Shown piece by piece: positions 48,876 through 57,700 of a stretch of 64,000 bases of DNA. The notes beneath the pieces were generated by a model. It saw only the letters and a list, made by a program, of their open reading frames with translations, did not search any database and had not been told where the DNA came from. The translations under genes and the position numbers were made by a program. The DNA comes from Rickettsia sp. (GTDB lineage: Bacteria > Pseudomonadota > Alphaproteobacteria > Rickettsiales > UBA1997): NCBI GenBank assembly GCA_038131245.1, contig JAYPPA010000010.1, positions 983-64,982 of the forward strand, read 5' to 3'. Each line of letters opens with the position of its first letter. Position 1 is the stretch's first letter.

Positions 48876-49481
48876 TCACAACTCCTCAGCCTTAAACTCG
48901 TTATAGCCTTCGTAAAAATAGCTAGCATCAAGTCCTCTCATAAATATCGCGCGGTCATTGATTTTGTCTGTTAGGGCTTTTTTTAGCAGATCTTTAATCT
49001 CGATGTCTTTAACTGGACTGCGTTTCATTGCTGATAAATAATCTTCTTTATCTACTAAATTCCAATCAATGACCTGTTTTATTTCTTTTTTTAGAATTAG
49101 ATCCAGCCAAATCCTAGTAGCCCTGCCATTACCTTCTCTGAAAGGGTGAGCAATGTTCATTTCGACATATTTTTCGATAATTTCATCAAAATTGCCTTGA
49201 GGCATTTTATTTATATGCTCTAGTGACTGTTTTAAATACATTGCAGGGGCAAAACGAAAATCATTTTTAGCAATATTGACCTCGCGTATTTTACCTGCAA
49301 AATCGTAAATATCCTCAAAAAGATAATTGTGAATATAAGCAAGTGAGGCAAAAGTCCCAACTTTCGTTTTATCAATGTCGCCACTTTCAAAAAGCTGCTT
49401 AGCCTTTGTTTTACTGATACGCTCTTCGGCTTTGTTAAGCTGCGCCTGATTAGTTATATTTAATTTATTTTCTAGCAACAT
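48876..49481 (-). CDS. fic: Fic-domain protein (AMPylator-type), class III-like
   Basis: 201 aa with the canonical Fic motif [12 protein letters not shown] and a C-terminal SYFYEG that matches the inhibitory (S/T)xxxE(G/N) motif. Confidence 0.88.
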   Translation of the reverse strand: MLLENKLNITNQAQLNKAEERISKTKAKQLFESGDIDKTKVGTFASLAYIHNYLFEDIYDFAGKIREVNIAKNDFRFAPAMYLKQSLEHINKMPQGNFDEIIEKYVEMNIAHPFREGNGRATRIWLDLILKKEIKQVIDWNLVDKEDYLSAMKRSPVKDIEIKDLLKKALTDKINDRAIFMRGLDASYFYEGYNEFKAEEL

Positions 49482-49528
49482 ATTATTATTGGTAAATTAT
49501 CCATCACATATCACTTTAATTACAACTA

Positions 49529-49557
49529 ATTATAGCAGATATTTTGCTAAATTGCAA
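49529..49557 (-). promoter_or_regulatory. promoter TTGCAA-17-TATAAT for fic
   Basis: Minus strand TTGCAA, spacer tttagcaaaatatctgc (17 nt), TATAAT. It lies 47 nt upstream of the fic ATG. Confidence 0.6.
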
Positions 49558-49595
49558 TAAAAAAGCTTGGAGAAACTGGATTGTCACGATTTTCC

Positions 49596-49624
49596 TTGAC
49601 AAAAGTCTTAAAATGTGCTATAAT
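49596..49624 (+). promoter_or_regulatory. consensus promoter TTGACA-17-TATAAT for the thioredoxin-like gene
   Basis: TTGACA at 49596-49601, 17-nt spacer ending in TGC, TATAAT at 49619-49624. Confidence 0.65.
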
Positions 49625-49679
49625 GGAATTATAAAGATAAAGTTTTCACTTTTATACCAGCTAAAAAAACAAACAAAAT

Positions 49680-50228
49680 ATGCCCCTTACCTACTCATCA
49701 ATGTTAAAACTAGGTACCATGGTACCTTCTTTTGAACTTACCAATACGATTGACGCTAAAAAGTTCAATTCAGACTCTTTATCGGCCGAAAAAGGCAAAC
49801 TAGTAATGTTTATTTGCAACCACTGCCCTTATGTAGTTCATTATCATGAGCAAATTGTCGATATTTACAAGAAATATGGCTCAAAGATTGAGTTTGTAGC
49901 AATAAGCTCCAACGACGCAACAGCCTATCCAGAAGATGGCCCAGAAGAAATGCGTGAGTTATTTAGCGAGCTAGGTCTTGATTTTCCGTATTTATATGAT
50001 GAAACTCAAGAAATTGCTAAGAAGTACAAGGCCGAGTGCACTCCAGAATTTTATCTCTTTAACAAAGAAAATGAGTTAGTTTATCGCGGTAGAATGGACG
50101 GCACTTCGCCTGGATCTGGAAATCCAACCGGAGAAGATTTACGCGCCGCAATTGACGCTTCACTTGCTAAAAAAGAAGTCACACCAGATCAAAAGCCATC
50201 AATGGGATGCAATATTAAGTGGAAGTAG
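49680..50228 (+). CDS. thioredoxin-fold protein (AhpC/TSA-like thiol-disulfide oxidoreductase)
   Basis: 182 aa. The CNHCPYV CxxC motif sits in a thioredoxin-like context (KLVMFICNHCPYVVH..AISSND). Confidence 0.75.
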   Translation: MPLTYSSMLKLGTMVPSFELTNTIDAKKFNSDSLSAEKGKLVMFICNHCPYVVHYHEQIVDIYKKYGSKIEFVAISSNDATAYPEDGPEEMRELFSELGLDFPYLYDETQEIAKKYKAECTPEFYLFNKENELVYRGRMDGTSPGSGNPTGEDLRAAIDASLAKKEVTPDQKPSMGCNIKWK

Positions 50229-50344
50229 TTTAAAATTTAGTGAAATTTTATTAATCCTATATTATAATAAATCAAGCTAAAGGACTTCAAAATTAAATAA
50301 AGAAAGTTTTAGAATTTATTTACAATTTAATTAAAAAATTAGGC

Positions 50345-51571
50345 GTGAATATAATAAAAATGAAGAAATTAGGATTAAAGATTTCTATAGCAATATTTAT
50401 TTATGGAGTAATTTTAAGTAGTCCATTTTTACTATCTAATACAGAAAAAGCCATTTTTGGAGTGTTTTTCTATGCTGTGCCATTGATTGTTAACCTTAGC
50501 AAAAGAGCAACTAATCTAGCTAAAGTACATTCAATATGGTTTGGCGTATTTATGGTTTTACAGTCTATATTAATCTTTTCAATTTTTAATATTGACTATA
50601 TTACTTTACTACCTAATCTTGATCAAAAAATAGATGTAAAGGAAGGTGCTCTTTCAAATATTACTGGTGTTCAACATATTATAACTGATGAAAAAGGCTT
50701 TAGAGTTACTAAAAAAATAAATTATGAGAATAAGCCAAATAATAAATATAGAATTTTTGCCATTGGAGCCTCTACAACAGAACAAATATATCTTGATCAA
50801 GAAAAAAGCTGGACCCATCTTTTGCAAAAAAAATTAGATGATAAAAATCAAAACCTAGATTTTGAAGTAATTAATACAGGGGTGTCTGGTCTTAGAGCTA
50901 TTAATCATATAGACACCTTAAAGGAAATATTAAAATATAAACCAGACATGGTTATTTTCTTGATAGGAATTAATGATTGGAATCACCATATTAAACAACA
51001 TCATAAAAATGGTTATGATAAGTTTATAAATAATTTGCCAGATTTTATGATTGGTGTACCATATGATGAAGCTTTAAGAAGATTTGTAAGAAATTTAAAA
51101 AAGAAAAAAAGGGAAAGTTGGAACGCAGAATTAAAAGAGGCTTATTTTGCTTATGGGTCTTTAAACAAAGAAAACAAAAAAACCTTTAAGCCTCACGAGG
51201 TATTGAATTCCTATAAAAAAGAATTGAATAAAATAAGTCAAATTTGCAATAAAAATAACATTGATTGTGTTTTTGCAACTCAACCAAATGGTTATAAAGA
51301 GTATGTCTCTCAAGATTATAAAGATTTATTTTGGATGACCCCTCCAGAAGAAGATTACACACTTAATTTTGACTCAATGGTTTATATTTCTGATCTTTAC
51401 AATAAATACATGATTCAATTTTCAAGCAAAACAGGTAATAAATTGTGCGATCTTGATAGCAAAATTCCAGCTTCTTTGGATTATATGTATGATGATTGTC
51501 ACTTTAATGTTAAGGGAGCAGAAAAAGTGTCAGAAATTCTATTTGATTGTATAGGGATTCCTCAGAATTAG
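50345..51571 (+). CDS. membrane-anchored SGNH/GDSL-family hydrolase
   Basis: 408 aa with about three N-terminal TM segments, then SGNH blocks: I (IFAIGASTTEQ), II (GVSG), III (GINDW), V (DDCHF). GTG start in the track, with an ATG 5 codons in. Confidence 0.7.
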   Translation: MNIIKMKKLGLKISIAIFIYGVILSSPFLLSNTEKAIFGVFFYAVPLIVNLSKRATNLAKVHSIWFGVFMVLQSILIFSIFNIDYITLLPNLDQKIDVKEGALSNITGVQHIITDEKGFRVTKKINYENKPNNKYRIFAIGASTTEQIYLDQEKSWTHLLQKKLDDKNQNLDFEVINTGVSGLRAINHIDTLKEILKYKPDMVIFLIGINDWNHHIKQHHKNGYDKFINNLPDFMIGVPYDEALRRFVRNLKKKKRESWNAELKEAYFAYGSLNKENKKTFKPHEVLNSYKKELNKISQICNKNNIDCVFATQPNGYKEYVSQDYKDLFWMTPPEEDYTLNFDSMVYISDLYNKYMIQFSSKTGNKLCDLDSKIPASLDYMYDDCHFNVKGAEKVSEILFDCIGIPQN

Positions 51572-51588
51572 ATACTTTCTATATTTTA

Positions 51589-51666
51589 ATGGAGATTGAG
51601 GCTTTGTTGACTGGGGGTAAAATATCAGCTGATCAAAAGCCTTCGATGTGCTGTAATATTAAATGA
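51589..51666 (+). pseudogene. 3'-terminal remnant of a paralogue of the thioredoxin-fold gene
   Basis: Reads MEIEALLTGGKISADQKPSMCCNIKstop. Compare the C-terminus of the 49680 gene, AAIDASLAKKEVTPDQKPSMGCNIKWKstop. Confidence 0.55.
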
Positions 51667-51675
51667 AAAAACTAA

Positions 51676-52104
51676 GTGGCCGATTATTTTGAATTACTCG
51701 CTTTATTCTTCTCATCCCTTTTAGCAGCAACCATATTTCCAACTCAATCAGAAATGGTTCTAGTCGCAATGTCTCTTGGCGGCAAATATTCTTCAGCCTT
51801 ATTACTAACAATTGCCACTGTCGGAAATGTACTTGGGTCCTTGTTCAACTGGCTCTTAGGCTTTTATATTGCAAAGTTCAAAGACAAGAAATATTTTCCA
51901 GTTAATGAAAAGCAACTCAGTAAATATTCTAAGATTTATGAAAAGTGGGGCGTGTGGTCGCTATTACTGGCTTGGGTACCAATAATTGGAGATCCGCTGA
52001 CTGTTGTTGCTGGGATATTTCGCACTAATATTTGGTTATTTTTACTATTGGTAACTATCGGAAAATTCACGCGCTATTTTATTTTAATAATTTCGCTACA
52101 ATAA
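51676..52104 (+). CDS. YqaA/DedA-type (SNARE-associated) membrane protein
   Basis: 142 aa, GTG start, four hydrophobic segments. The ..GDPLTVVAG.. motif is typical of the family. Confidence 0.65.
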   Translation: MADYFELLALFFSSLLAATIFPTQSEMVLVAMSLGGKYSSALLLTIATVGNVLGSLFNWLLGFYIAKFKDKKYFPVNEKQLSKYSKIYEKWGVWSLLLAWVPIIGDPLTVVAGIFRTNIWLFLLLVTIGKFTRYFILIISLQ

Positions 52105-52199
52105 TTTAAAAAATCGTTAATATTTCTTGTATTTAAATAAAAAATATTATACTGTATAAATATGAGATAGAATTATCTATTTCATAAATAATATTAAAA

Positions 52200-52730
52200 A
52201 TGAAAAAATTTGCCTATATTTTATTCATTATACTTTCTTTAAGCGCTTCTTCATATGCTAATCAGGCTGCTTGGAATATGAAATTTGTAGTACCTGACCC
52301 AAGAGCATCCGTTGATTTTTGCAAGAAAATTCTAGAGATGCACGAAACTGGAATTCCCAATCAAGTAAAATTTAGAGACTCACCCTTAGAATTACATTTT
52401 TTTAGACTAACAAATAACGACCCTGAATATTTATCTTCTTTAAATAGAATGACCTTAGAAAATACTTTTATAAAAAACCATGCAACAGTAGTAGTTAACG
52501 ATCTTGATTATTATTTAGAAAGATTTATTAAAAACAATATTCGTTTCTTAGGGCCAATAGGACGACATGACGGTATATACCAGGTATATTTTGAGATTCC
52601 TAACCATGCTTATCTTGAATTTCAATCAAGAAAAATGCCCAAATTAGCAAAAACAATTAGAATGAGAAATGTGAATATAAAAACAGAAGTCAAACAAGAG
52701 CCTCAGCTAGATCCGTTTTATAACCACTAA
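52200..52730 (+). CDS. hypothetical secreted protein
   Basis: 176 aa with a signal peptide (MKKFAYILFIILSLSASSYA). No confident family. Confidence 0.5.
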   Translation: MKKFAYILFIILSLSASSYANQAAWNMKFVVPDPRASVDFCKKILEMHETGIPNQVKFRDSPLELHFFRLTNNDPEYLSSLNRMTLENTFIKNHATVVVNDLDYYLERFIKNNIRFLGPIGRHDGIYQVYFEIPNHAYLEFQSRKMPKLAKTIRMRNVNIKTEVKQEPQLDPFYNH

Positions 52731-52787
52731 GATAAGAAAAACCAAGGCCTTTATTTTAAAAAATAAAGACCTTGGTCAAAAAATAGA

Positions 52788-52991
52788 CTAATCTACTTTA
52801 ATTTTTACAGCAGACTGTCTGCCTCTGTTTTCTTCGATTTCGTAAGAAATAGATTGACCTTCTTGCAAATTAGCAATTCCTTGCTTTTGTAATTCGCTAA
52901 TATGAACAAAAACATCCTTGCTTTTGTCACTTGGCTCGATAAATCCGAAGCCTTTGGTAGGGTTAAACCATTTTACCTTTCCAGTTTCCAT
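52788..52991 (-). CDS. cspA: cold-shock domain protein
   Basis: [27 protein letters not shown] carries the RNP1/RNP2 motifs. Start moved to the ATG, because the track start at 53024 is a TTG inside a palindrome. Confidence 0.9.
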   Translation of the reverse strand: METGKVKWFNPTKGFGFIEPSDKSKDVFVHISELQKQGIANLQEGQSISYEIEENRGRQSAVKIKVD

Positions 52992-53018
52992 AATTTTATT
53001 ATTATAGTTAATATTATT

Positions 53019-53034
53019 GGACAATTAATTGTCC
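53019..53034. promoter_or_regulatory. perfect 16-bp palindrome GGACAATTAATTGTCC in the csp 5' region
   Basis: Read directly. Lies 28 nt upstream of the csp ATG. Function unknown (operator or 5'-UTR hairpin). Confidence 0.4.
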
Positions 53035-53242
53035 TTAGCTAGTGTAATAGTTGATTTTAGCAATAATAAGAAACTCTAATAAAGTAAAATTTTACGACCT
53101 TATAAGGCAGGAGCTTACCCCGACATATAATAATTAAACTAAGCCATATCTATATTATACTCCATCCTTTCATTATAAGCAACATAAATTTTCATATATT
53201 TATATTTTATTATAAAATATAGCTTAAAAAAACCGATTTTTC

Positions 53243-53271
53243 TTGACAAGCTCATCAAAATATGCTATAAT
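53243..53271 (+). promoter_or_regulatory. consensus promoter TTGACA-17-TATAAT
   Basis: TTGACA at 53243-53248, 17-nt spacer ending in TGC, TATAAT at 53266-53271. It lies 40 nt upstream of the ATG at 53312. Confidence 0.65.
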
Positions 53272-53311
53272 TGATATATAAGCAGTAAAACAACTAGAAA
53301 TTTTTTAGCTT

Positions 53312-53950
53312 ATGCTTAGAATCGCGGCGATTACAACATTTCTAATACTCTTCATAGCCCCACCGGATATACTTGCACGCCCTATTTCTTATTCTGGTGG
53401 CTCTACGATAATGGCGATGAGTGGTCCGATAAAAAGCTCAATTCATGCACATTATTCGCCTACTTACAAATATTCAGTTGGCTATAAGGCAGAGTATCTA
53501 AGGCGAAGCCAAATTGCTTTAAATGGGGCTCAGCTCAATAATTTGCTCAAAAGGTGGAATTTACCGGCTGCGCAAGGTAATTTATACCTCAAATCTTCTA
53601 TTGGTAATGCAAATAAGTCTGGAGAGGATGAGGCTTATGGGTTTGTGGGTGTGGCTGGGGATTTTGAAACTAGGAAATATTTTGTTTCTTACGAGAATCG
53701 CTATTATAAGTCGGATGGTGGGATTTTGAGTCAATTTGAGCAATCAGCTAGAGTTGGCGTGGCTCCTTATGTGGCGGAATATGGAAATTTACACACATGG
53801 TTGATGCTTCAGGTTGATCATGTGCCAAAGTTTAAAGGTGACGAGGTCATTGCAACCCCGCTAGTTAGGCTCTTCAAGGGGCTTCACATGGCGGAATTTG
53901 GCGTGAGCACCAATAAGAGATTTATGCTTAACTTTATTGCCCGCTTTTAA
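53312..53950 (+). CDS. putative small outer-membrane beta-barrel protein
   Basis: 212 aa with a signal peptide, alternating aromatic/hydrophilic strands and a C-terminal Phe (..NFIARF). Family unknown. Confidence 0.5.
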   Translation: MLRIAAITTFLILFIAPPDILARPISYSGGSTIMAMSGPIKSSIHAHYSPTYKYSVGYKAEYLRRSQIALNGAQLNNLLKRWNLPAAQGNLYLKSSIGNANKSGEDEAYGFVGVAGDFETRKYFVSYENRYYKSDGGILSQFEQSARVGVAPYVAEYGNLHTWLMLQVDHVPKFKGDEVIATPLVRLFKGLHMAEFGVSTNKRFMLNFIARF

Positions 53951-53951
53951 T

Positions 53952-54233
53952 ATGATTAAAAAAATTATTACTGTAACATTTTTGGTGTTTTTTTCCACTA
54001 GTGTCAGCGCTAAAGAGATCAATGTTGATGTTAATGGCCTAGTTTGTGAGTTTTGCGCAGTCACTATTGAGAAGAATTTCATGAAATTGAAGGATATAGT
54101 GCAAAAAATTGAAGTCAGCCTTGGCAAAAAGAAGGTTTTTATTGAATTTAAGCCCGGCAAGGATCTATCAGACAAGGAAATCACTGATATTATCGTCAAT
54201 AATGGCTATAATGTAGTTAAAATTAACAGATAA
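53952..54233 (+). CDS. periplasmic heavy-metal-associated (HMA) domain protein, MerP/CopZ-like
   Basis: Start at MIKKIITVTFLVFFSTSVSA (signal peptide), then VNGLVCEFCAVTIEKNF, the CxxC metal-binding loop of the HMA fold. Confidence 0.7.
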   Translation: MIKKIITVTFLVFFSTSVSAKEINVDVNGLVCEFCAVTIEKNFMKLKDIVQKIEVSLGKKKVFIEFKPGKDLSDKEITDIIVNNGYNVVKINR

Positions 54234-54241
54234 TATATATA

Positions 54242-54610
54242 ATGAGAATTAAAGAGACTATTTTACCATTTTTTGGTTTATTTACTTCGCTTTCAACGAT
54301 TTTATGTTGCGCGCTGCCAATTATTCTGGTGACACTTGGCATGGGAGCAGTATTTGCAAGTCTGACTGCGAATTTTCCTTTTGTGATTTGGTTAGCTGAA
54401 CGCTCTGTTTATTTATTTACTATTACCGGGATTTTGTTGGCTCTAGGTGGGTACTTTATATTTATTTATCCGCAAGAATGCCCTGCGGACAAGAAAATGG
54501 CTGAGATTTGTGCTAAAACCAAAAAATTCAACAAGATAGTTTGGTGGATTTCGGTGGTGATTTTGCTGATAAGTCTGTTTTTTAAATATGGGCTGATTTT
54601 ATTTATTTAA
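54242..54610 (+). CDS. small membrane protein with vicinal Cys pair in TM1 (MerT/MerC-like metal transporter)
   Basis: 122 aa. LSTILCCALPIILV in the first TM segment and a second Cys pair in a loop (ECPADKKMAEIC). The family call is from memory only. Confidence 0.5.
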   Translation: MRIKETILPFFGLFTSLSTILCCALPIILVTLGMGAVFASLTANFPFVIWLAERSVYLFTITGILLALGGYFIFIYPQECPADKKMAEICAKTKKFNKIVWWISVVILLISLFFKYGLILFI

Positions 54611-54646
54611 TTCTTATAATTTTAAATTTTTGTCTTACAAAAAATC

Positions 54647-54675
54647 TTGACTTTATTTTGATGAAATGTTATAAT
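54647..54675 (+). promoter_or_regulatory. promoter TTGACT-17-TATAAT for the giant exoprotein gene
   Basis: TTGACT at 54647-54652, 17-nt spacer ending in TGT, TATAAT at 54670-54675. It lies 53 nt upstream of the ATG at 54729. Confidence 0.6.
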
Positions 54676-54728
54676 GGAACTTAGCCTTTATTAAAGATAA
54701 TGTAGATTTTAATAGAAATAAACCAAAG

Positions 54729-57700
54729 ATGCAAACCCACATATATTTGACATCACCATTGTTAAATATGATTATTATTAAAGCTTTTGATAGGGCTTTA
54801 AAATATTTTCTGATTTACCTTCTGACTTTTTTACCTGTTAATATCCTGGTTGCTTCAAAATCCTACGCAAATATCCCTGGTCAGCTTCCTGTTGTGGCTG
54901 ATGGGAGTACGAATACTGTTGTGACTAGGGCTGCAAATGGGGTTAATGTTGTGAATATTGCGACTCCGGATGGGGGCGGTGTTTCTCGAAATAATTTTAG
55001 TGACTATAATGTTGATCGAGCTGGCTTGGTAATCAATAATGCTGCGGTTGATAGATATAGTAGTGGGATTGTTAACACCGGGATTGCTGGGCTTATACTG
55101 ACGAATCCGAATTTGAATGAGGCTGGTGGGGCTAATGTTATTTTAAATCAGGTGACTTCAAATAGGATTACCCGGATTGATGGTTATACCGAGGTGGCTG
55201 GGCAAAGAGCGGATTTGATTATTGCTAACCCCAACGGGATTATGATTAATTCAGGCGGATTTATTAATACTGACCGCTTGAGTATGATTGTTGGGCGTGA
55301 AGTTGTTGGGACTGGGTCTGGGGTTGTTAATAATGGGGATTTGCGATTTAGACTTACTTCTGCGCCTCATCTTGAGTCTGGATTTCTGCCTGAGCTGACG
55401 ATTTCTGGGGCTGGTATTGATTTAACCAGGGTTGCTCAGACTGAATTTGTCGCGAATTTAATTAGGCTTACTGGTGAGGCTGGGGTTTATGCTGGCGATA
55501 ATGATGTTAGGTTTTTGACTGGAGATGGTGAGTATGGCTATCAAGCGAATGCTGTAGCTTCTGTTGCTGTTGATGGAGATGGTGGCGGTGCTTCGCAAAT
55601 TGCGATTGATGCTTCTTCATTGTCGCAAATTCAAGCTGGAAATATTTTTATGGTGGCTAGCAAAGAGGGTTTTGGTGTTAAATATTCAGGGTTGATGCTG
55701 GCGAATTTGGGAGATATTAATGTTACAGCGGCTGGGGATATTGAGTTTGAGGATTTTATTGGTGTGAGTAGGGATTTTTCGGCTGTTTCTGGCGGGGATT
55801 TGGCGGTTGATGGAAGTGATATTGTTGCGACTGGTAATGTGGCTTTGGATGGGCAAGATGTTACGGTGATAGGTGACTCGAATGTTGTTGCTGATGGGGG
55901 TGTGGCTTTGACTGGAAGTGGGAATTTAACGGTGGATTCTAGTCATATTGAGGCGGTAAATGTTGAGATGAGTTTTGAAAATGGCGATACTTTACTTGAA
56001 TCTTTTGGCTCGTTATCTAATAATTTTTCATTATTAAGTGGTGGAAATATTGATGTTGAGGGTAGTTCTATAATATTGTCAGATGAGATTAACTTGAATT
56101 CTGGAGGTAATATTGTTATTGATTCAAGTAATTTACGGGCTATAAATGAGGCGAATCTAGCTTCTCGAGATTTGACTATTTCAAATGGTTCGGGCGTTGT
56201 TGCTAGTAATTTACTATTAAATACTAACGGTGCAGATTTTGAGGTTGATGGAAGTAATGTTGTGGCTGGTGAGGCGAGCTTTTTAAATGGAAGGAATTTT
56301 CTGCTGGTAAATGATAGTAATTTTATTGTGAATGGGAATGTTGACATTGATTTTGCCGGGTCTATTAATGTTAATGGAAGTAGGATTGAAGGTAATAATG
56401 TTGATTTAAATGCGGCTGGAGTGACTGTTGAGAATAATTCGGTTGTTGTTGGAAGTGAGGATGTTGATTTGAGTTCTGATGGGATTTTAAGAGTTGATGA
56501 AAGTGATATTGGGTTTGGTAATACTTTGAATTTAAGTGGTTTAAACGGAGTTAATGTAGTTAATTCTTCGAATATTATTTCTGATGGTGGAAGTACCACC
56601 CTTGCCTCTTTATCTGGAGATATTAATGTTAATTTAGGGTACATTAGAGCTAATGGAGTTAATTTTGATGGTAGAAATATTTTAATTGGTGGATCTGTTA
56701 TTGATTCTAGCTCTATTGATTTAGATCCTAATGTTGGTAATATTACTATAAATTCTAGTGATTTAATAGCTGATGATATATTGATATCGTCAACGACCAA
56801 TAATTTATTGGTTGAGAATGATTCGAATATTATTGTTACTAATGGTGCTAATATTGATATTACTGGGGATCTTCGAGTTAATTTGAGTAGGATTGAAGGC
56901 GGCAGTGTTGCTTTAAATGCGGCTGGAGTGACTGTTGAGAATAATTCGGCTATTGTTGGTGGTGAGGATGTTAATGTTGTTTCGAGTGAAGCTTTGAGAA
57001 TTGATTCAAGCGATGTTGGTTCTTTTAATGGAGATGTAGCTCTAAGTTCTAGCAATATTGTAATTGGTAATTCTTCGAATGTAATTGCTAGTGCAGGAAT
57101 TATTGGTATTACTTCTGACACTGATATTATACTTGATTCTAGTTACACTGGGGCAAGTAACTTGAGATTGAATTCTGGTAGGGATATTTATTTACGAAAT
57201 TCTTCTAATGTTGTTAGTAATTTAAATGCTAGTTTTGCTTCTCATGGGGATTTTAATTTAGAAGCAAGCAATATTCAATCAAGCAGATTAAGGGTTGATT
57301 CTGGGGGTATTATTAATATAGGTAATTCCAATATTATTAGTGAGAATGTGGATTTTGATTCAAGTGCTGCTACTTCCGTAAGATCAAGTAATATTATAGC
57401 TGATAATTTAGATTTTGATGTAAATGGTTTATTGGTTGAAGGTGATTCGAACATTGTTGTAACTGGTGATGTTAATGTTGATTCTAATAATTATATTAGG
57501 TTGAATTTAAGTAGGATTGAAGGTAATGATGTTACTTTAGATGGGGCCGGAGTGACTATTGAAAATAATTCGGTTATTGTTGGATCTCAAGATGTTACTT
57601 TAAACTCAAGTAATGATATAATTATTGATTCTAGTGATGTTGGTTTTGTTAACCAAAACTCTTCTGGAAATATAAATTTCAGTTCCAGTAATGATATTAT

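Noticed and set aside
49487-49500. DnaA-box-like TTATCCATC near the fic start.
   Set aside because: It is a single imperfect box with no cluster or AT-rich unwinding context, so it is not an origin.
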